Part shown: positions 1 to 7,358 of the stretch, piece after piece
Position numbering within the stretch: position 1 is the first letter of the stretch
Layout of the letters: the number at the start of each line of letters is the position of its first letter
Assembly: GCA_044376115.1 (NCBI GenBank)
Contig: JBILLK010000060.1
Coordinates: 1 to 11,798, forward strand
DNA: 11,798 nt
Reading direction: 5' to 3'
From: Polyangiaceae bacterium
GTDB taxonomy: Bacteria > Myxococcota_A > Polyangia > Polyangiales > Polyangiaceae
The notes under the pieces: model-generated
What the model saw: only the letters and a program-made list of their open reading frames with translations
Database searches by the model: none
What the model was told of the DNA's origin: nothing
Program-made: the position numbers and the translations under genes

Positions 1-93
1 GACCGAACAGGTGTTCAGTGTGCCTCGCCATGCGGATGGGCCGGCCGCTCTGCTGGCCCCGGTCCCAAAAGTGGCCCTATTTTTCCTATCCGC
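1..93 (+). mobile_element. 3' end (oriIS-like) of an IS91/ISCR-like element, cut by the window edge; identical to 692..784
   Basis: 93/93 identity with 692..784, which lies downstream of an IS91-like tnp stop. Ends in TTTTTCCTATCCGC, resembling the ...TTCCTAT... oriIS motif. GC stem at 38-45/52-59. Confidence 0.8.
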
Positions 94-615
94 GAGCTGC
101 CCGATGGCCGCTTCGCCTACGACATGAAACGCGCTCTGCCCGACGGACGTCGGAAGCTCGTCATGACCGGCGTCGAGCTCCTCGAGAAGCTCGTTCCCCT
201 GATTCCGCCGACGTACGCGAACCTCACCCGATTCCACGGCGTCTTCGCGCCGACGAGCCGCCTGCGCGACAAGGTCGTCCCCCGGCCACCGTCGACCATT
301 GATGGCGCCGAACCACCCGCAGAGCCGCAGGTGTCGACGACGTCACCGCCCCCGTCGTCGCCGGCAGCGTCGACGAAGTCGACGTCGGTGCCGTCGACAT
401 ATCGCCTGGATTGGGCCTCGCTGCTGAAGCGGGTCTTCGGCGTCGATGTCCTGAAGTGTTCGCGCTGTCAGGGCCAGATGCGGCTCATCGCCTGCATCGA
501 GGAGCCCGATGTGGCGAAGAAGATCCTCGAGCATCTCGGCTTGCGGGCCGAGCCGCTCTCGACCCTGCGGGCCCAGGCGCCGCCTGTCGCCCTCGAGCTG
601 TTTCATGAAGCCTGA
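94..615 (+). pseudogene. IS91/ISCR-like transposase, C-terminal half only (type A)
   Basis: Reads ELPDGRFAYDMKR...ELLEKLVPLIPP...NLTRFHGVFAP...WASLLKRVFGVDVLKCSRCQGQMRLIACIEEP..KKILEHLGL, typical of ISCR/IS91 C-termini. Homology starts abruptly at 94, upstream of ATG 124. The HUH and catalytic Tyr regions are absent. Confidence 0.9.
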
Positions 616-784
616 ACCACATCTCGTCGTCGGCGATTCGTTCGCCGACGGCGCCGGCGCGTCCGCGGCGGGAGATTTCGACCTGGCCCCTGACCGAACA
701 GGTGTTCAGTGTGCCTCGCCATGCGGATGGGCCGGCCGCTCTGCTGGCCCCGGTCCCAAAAGTGGCCCTATTTTTCCTATCCGC
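616..784 (+). mobile_element. 3' non-coding end and oriIS-like terminus of the type A element
   Basis: Follows the tnp stop. 692..784 duplicates 1..93, with identity ending exactly after TATCCGC. GC hairpin at 729-750. Confidence 0.8.
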
Positions 785-844
785 ACGGCGCGCCCGGTCT
801 GGGACGCCATCGAAGCGTGGCTCAGCGCTCGCGGGTCAAGATGA
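785..844 (+). pseudogene. Short 3' fragment of a host gene (TARPVWDAIEAWLSARGSR*), alpha/beta-hydrolase-like terminal helix
   Basis: GC3-rich codons and an amphipathic W-x-x-I-x-x-W-L helix followed by a stop. Begins right after the oriIS-like end. Only 19 codons, so the family call is tentative. Confidence 0.45.
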
Positions 845-1088
845 GCGCGTCGTCGTAGGAGACCTCGCTCTCAGCAGTGATATGCGCGCCAGCGACAGGC
901 ACCCCTGCCATCGCGCGTCGACCGATGCGAGCGATTCAACAAGCATCGGAGGAAGCCGCTCATGAAGGCGTGCCTGCGACGATGAGGCGGTTCGCTGCGC
1001 CTTGCGTTGTGTTCGCGAGTGTCTTGTGCGAGCGCTCTTTCTGGCGCCTCCTCTGCGCGGCGTCCTGACCCTTGCGCAAGGTGCCTGT

Positions 1089-1925
1089 ATGCTCGCGATG
1101 GGTGCGGCGATTGCTGTGTTGTCTGCGGCGACGCAGGCCACGGCCCATGCGCTCTTGAAGGCGGGGCAGGACAAACTCGTCGTTCGCGGGCTGATCGGGA
1201 TGGTCAGCGTGCTGGTGATGGGTCCCGTGACACTCTGTGTCCCGCGCCCCGACGGATTGCTGGGGTGGTTGGCCCTCTCCGCCGCGTTACACGCCATCTA
1301 CCAGCTCGTCCTCATCAAGGCCTACGAGGCCGCCGACTTCTCCCTGGCGTACCCGCTCGCGCGGGGCATCACCCCGATAGCGACGGCGGCGCTTGGGGTG
1401 TGGCTGCTGCACGATCGGCTCTCTGCCACCACCGTCGCAGGCATCGGTCTGACCACGGCGGGCTTCGTCTTTCTCGTCGTGGGGGCGCGGCCGAGGCCGG
1501 TCGGCGTCGTCGCCGCCGTCGCGGCGGGTCTGCTCACCTCGACGTATACGTGGGTCGATGCCCAAGGCGTGCGCGCTGCCTCGGCACCCATCACGTTCAT
1601 CGCTTGGTTCTTTGTCTGCGATGGCCTCGTGATGTCGCTCATCGCCGTCGTCGCGCGTCGCCGACGCATCCTGGTCCTGATGAAACAAGAAGGGCGCCGG
1701 GGCGTGCTCGCAGGCCTCGCGTCCTTGGTCACGTATGGCGCCGCGCTCGTGGCGTTGCGCTTGCTGCCCACCGGGGTTGCTTCGACGTTGCGCGAGACCA
1801 GCGTCGTGTGGGGCGTCGTTATCGCCCGCACTGCGCTCAAAGAGACCATCGATCGGCGTCGCGCCATCGGGACCTTGTGCATCGCGTGCGGGGCTCTGCT
1901 GGTGCTTGTGGGCCTGCGTCGCTGA
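1089..1925 (+). CDS. EamA/DMT-family transporter
   Basis: About 10 hydrophobic segments with motifs AYEAADFSLAYPLARG and VASTLRETSVVWG. Start is ATG 1089 or 1098 rather than the ORF-track start at 1002. Confidence 0.92.
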   Translation: MLAMGAAIAVLSAATQATAHALLKAGQDKLVVRGLIGMVSVLVMGPVTLCVPRPDGLLGWLALSAALHAIYQLVLIKAYEAADFSLAYPLARGITPIATAALGVWLLHDRLSATTVAGIGLTTAGFVFLVVGARPRPVGVVAAVAAGLLTSTYTWVDAQGVRAASAPITFIAWFFVCDGLVMSLIAVVARRRRILVLMKQEGRRGVLAGLASLVTYGAALVALRLLPTGVASTLRETSVVWGVVIARTALKETIDRRRAIGTLCIACGALLVLVGLRR

Positions 1926-1990
1926 GGTTCACGACCCGGTGAGCGTGTGGCGCGTGACGCGCGGTGTTTGGGTGCCCCGACCAGAGGCCG

Positions 1991-2152
1991 CGCCATCCTC
2001 TGCCTTTCGGCACCGACGACGTCGACGCGCAGGGCCTCTTCAAGTGGATGGCTGGGCCTGGGCATGTTCAGCTGCATATCCGCAACGCGATGGCGCTCAT
2101 CGACGCGGACGCCACCGCGACGTCGGCGGCAACAGGAGGGCGAGCAGCGTGA
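1991..2152 (+). pseudogene. 3' fragment of an unidentified gene
   Basis: Protein-like frame HPLPFGTDDVDAQGLFKWMAGPGHVQLHIRNAMALID...* with GC3 bias. Ends in AGGAGG..GTGA (RBS plus overlapping stop/start). No credible own start; the 5' limit is approximate. Confidence 0.45.
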
Positions 2153-2160
2153 TCGTCGGA

Positions 2161-2262
2161 GCGAAGAAGATACTCGAGCACCTCGGGTTGCCGTCCGAGC
2201 CGTTGCCGACCCTGCAGGCCCAGGCCCCGCCTGTAACCCTTGAGCTGTTCCCTGAAGCCTGA
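2161..2262 (+). pseudogene. Last 33 codons of a second, diverged type A IS91-like transposase
   Basis: [33 protein letters not shown] matches 514..615 at 27/33 aa. Confidence 0.9.
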
Positions 2263-2440
2263 GCGTGCCACCCGGGCCACCGCGGTCGACGACGAGTGCG
2301 TTGACGGCGGCGCTGCACCCGATGCCCTGAAAGAGCCAGTTTCGGGCGGTTCAGCGGGCCGTGAGCCCGAACAAAAGAGCAAGTTGGGGGGGGCGCTGCG
2401 AGACCGCCCCTTGAAAAGGCGCTCTGTTCCTCTTATCCGC
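2263..2440 (+). mobile_element. 3' end and oriIS-like terminus of the second type A element
   Basis: Same position after the tnp stop as 616..784 (178 vs 169 bp). GC stem at 2390-2395/2405-2410. Ends GTTCCTCTTATCCGC. Confidence 0.7.
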
Positions 2441-2620
2441 CTCGACGAAGGCCCGATCATCGAGCAGGACGTCGAGCGCATCAGCCACCGCGATACGCCC
2501 GACGAGCTCGTGCGCAAAGGCCGCGACATCGAGCGCCGCGTGTTGGCGCGTGCGTTGCGGTGGCACCTCGAAGGCCGCGTGTTGTTGAACGGCAAGCGCA
2601 CCGTCGTCTTCACCGACTGA
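2441..2620 (+). pseudogene. purU: Formyltetrahydrofolate deformylase, C-terminal fragment
   Basis: [57 protein letters not shown] is the PurU C-terminus. Everything upstream is missing. Confidence 0.92.
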
Positions 2621-2641
2621 TCGCCCCCGATCGAAGACCAG

Positions 2642-3721
2642 CTAACGCCCCAGCAGACGGTCGAGCCAGCCCTTCTTCGTCGTCGACTGAGCCGATGGTG
2701 CGGGCACAACCTCGACGACCGTGAGCAGCGCCAGGGCGGCCAGCGCGTCACGCTCGTGGGGTGTGAGGAGGATGAATCGCCGCGCGAGCGGTGTCCCTGC
2801 GCCGTGGATTCGCCAGAGCCGGCGGAGGTCGCCCCGCTGCTCGAGCGTGCGGTTCAACGCGGCGACAAACCATTCGACCCAGGCGGTCTCGGTGGTGGGC
2901 GGGCCACCCGTCGTTCTGGCGACCTCGCGCGCCCCCACCGGCAAGCCCCAACGATCCACCTCATCGAGGAGTGCGTTGGAGACGTCGCCCAGTCCGAGTT
3001 TGCGGGGCTGCAGCCCGGGCAGGCGACGCAACACCATGCGCGTGGCCTGGGCGTTCGCGTGCCACCCCGCGCCCTGGCCGATCTGAAAGACCGGGTCGAC
3101 CTCAAGGTCGTCGTCGAGAATCGCGCCGCAATCGAGGCCGGCTTCGTGCGCACGGTCCAGGACCAGCTGCAGGGCCGAGCGGCGACTCGCCTGTGGATCC
3201 TCGTTGGGCGGTGCGCCGGCTGTCGCCCTCGCCATGAGCCCCTGCGCGGTGTTGGCGAGGAAAGCCTCCAGCGACTCGGCCACCACGCCGTGTACGCCCT
3301 CGGTCGTGTGAACCGCGATGACCTGACCACGCAGCCCGTTCGGCGCGGGATCGAAGTCGATGCACAGCAGGCGCTCGTCGTCGGCCGCAAACGGGATCCA
3401 CCCAGCCACGAAGACCTCGCCGCGCACCTGAGAAGAGCCAACACCACTGCCATGCAAGCGTTCCTCCTCGACAAAGGCGAGCATGTCGGCGTGGGTCTTT
3501 GTGGCGGTCTGCAGATCAAGAAGGACGAAGACATCGTTGGCGTCGATGGCGCCGTCGGAGCCGTCGTGAACGCCCCAGATGCCGCCGAGATCGACGTCGG
3601 GCGGTGCGCCCGCAAAGGTGGCGGCGGCCAACGCTTCGGCGGCCGCGGGGGGAGCCAGCTTCGTCGAGGAGCGATGGGCGGTGAGCGCGCCCTGCAGGGA
3701 CTTCCAACTCATGGTGAGCAT
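2642..3721 (-). CDS. SMI1/KNR4 (SUKH)-like domain protein with an unrecognised C-terminal domain
   Basis: LAPPA...WGVHDG...GWIPFAADDERLLCIDFDPAPNGLRGQVI...VVAESLEAFL follows the SMI1/KNR4 pattern. Start is ATG 3721 or 3712. Confidence 0.75.
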   Translation of the reverse strand: MLTMSWKSLQGALTAHRSSTKLAPPAAAEALAAATFAGAPPDVDLGGIWGVHDGSDGAIDANDVFVLLDLQTATKTHADMLAFVEEERLHGSGVGSSQVRGEVFVAGWIPFAADDERLLCIDFDPAPNGLRGQVIAVHTTEGVHGVVAESLEAFLANTAQGLMARATAGAPPNEDPQASRRSALQLVLDRAHEAGLDCGAILDDDLEVDPVFQIGQGAGWHANAQATRMVLRRLPGLQPRKLGLGDVSNALLDEVDRWGLPVGAREVARTTGGPPTTETAWVEWFVAALNRTLEQRGDLRRLWRIHGAGTPLARRFILLTPHERDALAALALLTVVEVVPAPSAQSTTKKGWLDRLLGR

Positions 3722-3757
3722 GTAGCGGGTGCTGAAAATGGCCGCCTCGGACGTTCG

Positions 3758-4756
3758 TCAGAGGTCAGCTCGTGTGAGGTTCCGGTGTGATCGCACCGCG
3801 CGTGGCCCCAGATCGGAGAAGAGCCAGATCCCGCCGGCGACCACGACCGTCGGTCCGGCCGTCTCGATGCGGCGCGCACCTCCGTCCGGGAGCCGCGCGA
3901 CATAGAGGGTTTGACCGTCGGTCACCGCCGAATACGTGCTTGTGAAGACTGGTTGTCCGTCGGGGCCGAGCATGGACTCGTAGAACTGAGTGCTGCTCGT
4001 GGTGCCAAACGGGAAGCGGGCGTCTTGGACACCGTCGGTGAAGCGCGCGGCGCCGTCTGCGCTGAACGTCCACGAATGCTGCGCTAGGTTGGGATGCTGC
4101 CAGCGGCCGAGCAGCGCCGCCCGGAGCTGCGCCGCGCCCGCGGCATCGGTGACGGTGCGCTCCTCTTCCTGCGACGCGGCGCGCTCCCAGGGGAGACCGG
4201 AGCGTGTGATCGGATCGAGCAGAATCTGCTCGGCGAAGGGCTTGCCGGCGTTGATGCCGCACTGAGCCATCCCGGTGAGGACGTTGTCCGCGGCCTCTAT
4301 GCAGGCGAGCACCTCGGGCGTCGCGCGCGGGCACTTCTCGGCCATGAGCCGCGCGTGGGCCGGGCCGACACGGTCGAGGGCCGTCGCCGCCTCGGCCGGA
4401 GTGCTCCCGAGATAGGTGAGCATGCGCCCGAGGTCCTCGCGGATCAGCGTCGTCAACCGCGTGCAGCGACGCGCGTTGTCACCCGTCTGCACCTGACGCG
4501 GCGTGGTCACGGGTGGCAGCACGGGGGCTCCCTCGGGCGTGATCGCCGGCGCCGACGCGACGGCACCCGCAGGCGACTCGCCCGAGCTCGGGGCCGCTCC
4601 CCCGGTCGTGGCCGTCGCCCCGGCGGGCGCAGCGGACGCCGACGCGGCCGAGGCCGCCGGCTGCGCCGCGCCTGCCGGCGGCGTCCTGGCGCTGCAGCCA
4701 CCGAGCGCGAGGAGAGCGGAGACGACGAGAAGTTTCGAGAGGGTGTGTTGGTTCAT
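3758..4756 (-). CDS. Putative lipoprotein (Ala/Pro linker, four-Cys helical region, beta-rich C-terminus); possibly 3'-truncated
   Basis: MNQHTLSKLLVVSALLALGGC signal peptide with lipobox. The last ~15 codons lose coding-like bias. Confidence 0.75.
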   Translation of the reverse strand: MNQHTLSKLLVVSALLALGGCSARTPPAGAAQPAASAASASAAPAGATATTGGAAPSSGESPAGAVASAPAITPEGAPVLPPVTTPRQVQTGDNARRCTRLTTLIREDLGRMLTYLGSTPAEAATALDRVGPAHARLMAEKCPRATPEVLACIEAADNVLTGMAQCGINAGKPFAEQILLDPITRSGLPWERAASQEEERTVTDAAGAAQLRAALLGRWQHPNLAQHSWTFSADGAARFTDGVQDARFPFGTTSSTQFYESMLGPDGQPVFTSTYSAVTDGQTLYVARLPDGGARRIETAGPTVVVAGGIWLFSDLGPRAVRSHRNLTRADL

Positions 4757-5288
4757 TTCGTGGGTCGGGGTGGAGGGAGTCGTGCTGCGTGGCCGATGAA
4801 CGCGCGGATGCGCGTGGATTCGACTGAACGGGTCGAGCGTCGTCGTGCTCGTGGGCGGTCGCGCGTCGTCTCCGTCTTGATGGGGTCTTCGCTCTTGGAG
4901 TCGCCCGGACACGCTACTGTCGACAACGCCAACAGCAGGGCCCTGAATATGCGGTGAGGAAATCAAGTACCGCTCCACGAGCGGGGTTTCCGCGCGGAGC
5001 GCTACCGATGGCTGTCCGCGAGGTCAAGTGGAAACCTACGAAAGCGCGCGGGTGTCCGCGCCGAACCGCACCGGCTCGGTCATCGCGACCCAACGCTTCG
5101 GCTCCGACGACCGTCTCTCCTTCCGCCGCGTCGTGCCGCACACCGAGGACATCGAGCGACTCGTCGTCCGCATCGCGGAGGCGTGGGAGGCGTGGCTGGC
5201 CCGCCAGGGCTTCGGCGCCCAAAACGAGGGCGCCGACGATGACGACGACGACGCCCAGGCCGTGATCCAACAGGCCTCCCTCCTCGGG

Positions 5289-5390
5289 TGTTGCAGACCG
5301 GCCTACGTGGTCGCACCCGGGGCGGCCAAACTGATCGCACCCGGGGCGGCCAAACTGATCGCGCCGGGGCGGCCAACGTGATCGCACCGG
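5289..5390 (+). repeat. Four 23-24-bp tandem repeats (CGGCCAAACTGATCGCACCCGGGG) preceded by TGTTG; probable IS21-family end remnant
   Basis: Units start at 5299, 5323, 5347 and 5370. A 5'-TG terminus plus regularly spaced sub-terminal repeats is the IS21/IS100 end architecture. Interrupts the tnp frame. Confidence 0.65.
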
Positions 5391-5500
5391 TGCGCGAACT
5401 TCGCCGGGTACAGCCTGCACGCCGGCGTGGGCTTCAAGGCGAGCGACCGCGCCGGACTCGAGCGGCTGTGCCGCTACATCCTCCGCCCCCCGCTCGCGAA

Positions 5501-5658
5501 GGGTCCGTCCGGAAAGAACGTTCAGCACCGAGGGCGACCCCGGGCCGCGGCCGCAAGGAGGGAGGAGGGAGCATGCCCGTAGGCCTGTGACCGACGAGCG
5601 ACGCCGCGGACGCGAGTCCGGGGGCGGCCGAATGCGAACGCTCTTGACGGACGGGCCC
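5501..5658. mobile_element. 158-bp MITE inserted in the transposase
   Basis: 23-bp terminal inverted repeats at 5501-5523 and 5636-5658 (19/23 match). Flanks are GAA/GCA, a possible 3-bp TSD with one mismatch. Removing the element plus 3 bp restores ...PPLAKDRLQH... Confidence 0.85.
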
Positions 5659-6164
5659 GCAGGACCGTCTCCAGCACCGCGAGGACGGCAACGTCGTGGT
5701 GGGGCTCAAGCGCGTCTGGAGTGACGGCACCTCAGCCCTCGTCCTCTCGCCGTCCGAGCTCGTCGAGCGTCTCGTGGCCCTCGTGCCTCCACCCCGGGCA
5801 AACCAAGTGATCTATCGGGGAGTTGTCGCCGCGAACGCAGCGTGGCGCGCCGAGGTGGTCCCCCGCCCCCCACCCGAGACCCCCAACGAGGCCAAGGCGC
5901 GTCGCGCGAAGCGGCTCACGCGGCATCCCCGTACGCGGCGCGCGGGCGACCGCCCAAGCTGGAGCCACCTGTTGCAGCGGGTGTTCCGCGTGGACGGCTT
6001 CGCGTGCCCCGGCTGCGGCGGCCCGCTCACGCTACGCTACGTCGTCATGAACCCGCCGGCCACGCGGCGCATCCTCGACGGGCTGCGCCGCGCGACCGGC
6101 CCGCCTGGGCCCGAGTAACAAACCCGGTGCGCGAGCCCAACTCCATGCGAGCAAGCTCACGCGC

Positions 6165-6338
6165 TCAGGTTACGCCTGCGAAGACCAGCAGATCAGCGAC
6201 GGTGAAGTCCGTGGTCGACACGAGGCTGGGTTGGAAGGCGGGGCTCGCGTTGAGGTGGGAATCAGCGTCGCGCTTGAGCATTCGGACGAACGTCTCCGCC
6301 ACGACGCGAGCGCCGAGCGGCCCCAGTTCATCGCCCGC
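6165..6338 (-). pseudogene. C-terminal fragment of a bacterial heme peroxidase (animal-peroxidase-like family)
   Basis: GDELGPLGARVVAETFVRMLKRDADSHLN...DFTVADLLVFAG matches the LGPvGgRIVAEtf...F.m.DLl.fAG terminus of this family. Confidence 0.7.
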
Positions 6339-6403
6339 TCTTGCTTGTCGAGCTCCTGCACCGCGAGCGTGAGCGCTTGGACGCGCAGGGTGGCGGCCGT
6401 CAT
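6331..6403 (-). pseudogene. N-terminal fragment of a small gene divergent from the type B tnp (addiction-module-like start)
   Basis: MTAATLRVQALTLAVQELDKQERA. The start codon is conserved as GTG at 11598 in the second copy. Fused out of frame to the peroxidase tail. Confidence 0.35.
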
Positions 6404-6467
6404 GCTGGAATGGGCGCGCGCCACTCCACGAGCCAGGTGAAACGCAGCGAAACGGCGCCGCTCTCGC

Positions 6468-6482
6468 TGGCACGGAGCTTCC
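6468..6482 (+). promoter_or_regulatory. Sigma54-like -24/-12 motif upstream of tnp (imperfect)
   Basis: TGGCAC-N5-TTCC against the consensus TGGCAC-N5-TTGC, also present at 11663-11677. The mismatch falls in the critical GC. Confidence 0.25.
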
Positions 6483-6497
6483 TGAGGCGCCCCGGCT

Positions 6498-6844
6498 GTG
6501 GCTCACCCGGCAGCGCGGCACCCGCACGAGGCAGCGAGCTCCTACGAGCGACACCGCCCGGAAGAGACGGTGCTCTACCGGACGCTCGCGGCGCACTGGG
6601 CGGAGTTCTGCGAGCGCGCCGAAGAAGCGGGAGGCCTGCCTCGCTTCGTGCAGCGCGAGGTGGACGAGTACCTGCGTTGTGGTCTGCTCGAGTACGGCTG
6701 CGTGCGCGTCGGCTGCGAGCGGTGCGGCTTGGAGCGACTCGTCGCCTTCACTGCGTGCCAAAGGCACTCCGTAGACCTCCCTGGACTCCGTCCACTTCGT
6801 GGACTCCGTCCACTCCGGTTCAGCTGCAAGCGCCGCGGCTTCTG
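6498..6844 (+). pseudogene. IS91-like transposase N-terminal zinc-binding domain (type B), interrupted by IS3
   Basis: YERHRPEETVLYR...GLPRFVQREVDEYLRCGLLEYGCVRVGCERC..ERLVAF[insert]SCKRRGFC. Confidence 0.92.
6751..6822. repeat. 72-bp in-frame palindromic (REP-like) insertion with two 18-bp units
   Basis: Splits the conserved LVAF|SCK. TTCA on both sides (6747-6750, 6819-6822). Hairpins GTGCC-AAA-GGCAC and TGGAC-TCC-GTCCA x2. Confidence 0.8.
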
Positions 6845-7255
6845 TGAAGTGGGCACGCTCTAGCGGACAGTTGATTAGGAAGTTCACGCCGCGAGGTTCA
6901 CCTGCTGCTCGTATCGTAGAGGACTTACGTAGCCAAGGGTCGAGTGTCTGCGGGTAGGGTTGTAAAAGCCGTCAATGTAGCGAGCAACCACGTCATAGAC
7001 CTCGGTTCGAGTGGCGAAGGAGTGACGGCTGATGCACTCCTTCTTGAGGCTGCTAAAGAACGATTCGGCTACGGCGTTGTCATAGCAATTGCCTGCGTCG
7101 CTCATGCTCTGCACGAGTCCGCGTCGAGCTAGCTCTTTGCGATAGTCGTTCGCTGCGTACTGGCTGCCGCGATCGCTGTGGTGGACGAGACCAGGCGCGG
7201 GGCTACGTAATTGGAGAGCCCGGCTAAGCGCGCGCTGCGGCAGTTCGGCTCGCAT
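6845..7255 (-). mobile_element. IS3-family remnant: 3' part of the OrfB integrase core (6884..7255) and right IR
   Basis: HHSDRGSQY...SMS..GNCYDNAVAESFFSSLKKE...YN..RRHSTLGYVSP. The terminus TGAAGTGGGCACGCTCTAGCGGACAG begins where tnp homology stops. Confidence 0.92.
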
Positions 7256-7257
7256 GT

Positions 7258-7355
7258 CACAGCTTCAATTCAGGCATGAGCCCAATCAAGAAAGAGCTTG
7301 CGGCATACACGCGTGTAGCCGCATAGATGTGGACCCCGAAAGCGGATCAGGTCCA
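7258..7355 (+). mobile_element. Second IS3-family remnant: last codons of OrfB and right IR
   Basis: HSFNSGMSPIKKELAAYTRVAA* (7258-7326) parallels HSTLGYVSPLRYE..NLAA*. Followed by GTGGACCCCGAAAGCGGATCAGGTCCA, which ends in CA. Confidence 0.7.
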
Positions 7356-7358
7356 CTC

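Larger units (their letters stand above)
5067..6118 (+). pseudogene. Degraded IS91/ISCR-like transposase (type C): N-terminus lost, HUH motif deleted, two insertions
   Basis: Segments: RTGSVIATQRFGS (5067-5105); AGYSLHAGV...LERLCRYILRPPLAK (within 5391-5500, RxxxY catalytic motif as in ISCR); DRLQHREDG...LKRVWSDG...ELVERLVALVPPPRANQVIYRGV...WSHLLQRVF..DGFACPGCGG (5663-6118). Confidence 0.9.

Noticed and set aside
2240..2620. 126-aa ORF as an intact purU
   Set aside because: The first 67 codons are transposon DNA; the PurU ACT domain and most of the catalytic domain are missing.
3787..3798. GTGATCGCACCG identical to 5378-5389
   Set aside because: A single 12-bp match in GC-rich DNA with no flanking similarity. 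It lies near a suspected truncation but cannot be separated from chance.
4963..5029. Hairpin (4967-4976/4996-5005) with TCAAGT direct repeats as an IS200/IS605 or omega-RNA end
   Set aside because: Single imperfect stem, no tnpA/tnpB/iscB nearby, and no second copy.
5299..5390. CRISPR array
   Set aside because: The repeats are directly adjacent with no unique spacers, and no cas genes are present.
6165..6887. 240-aa minus-strand ORF as a real gene
   Set aside because: Chimeric: only the last ~57 codons are peroxidase-like, and the rest is antisense to tnp.
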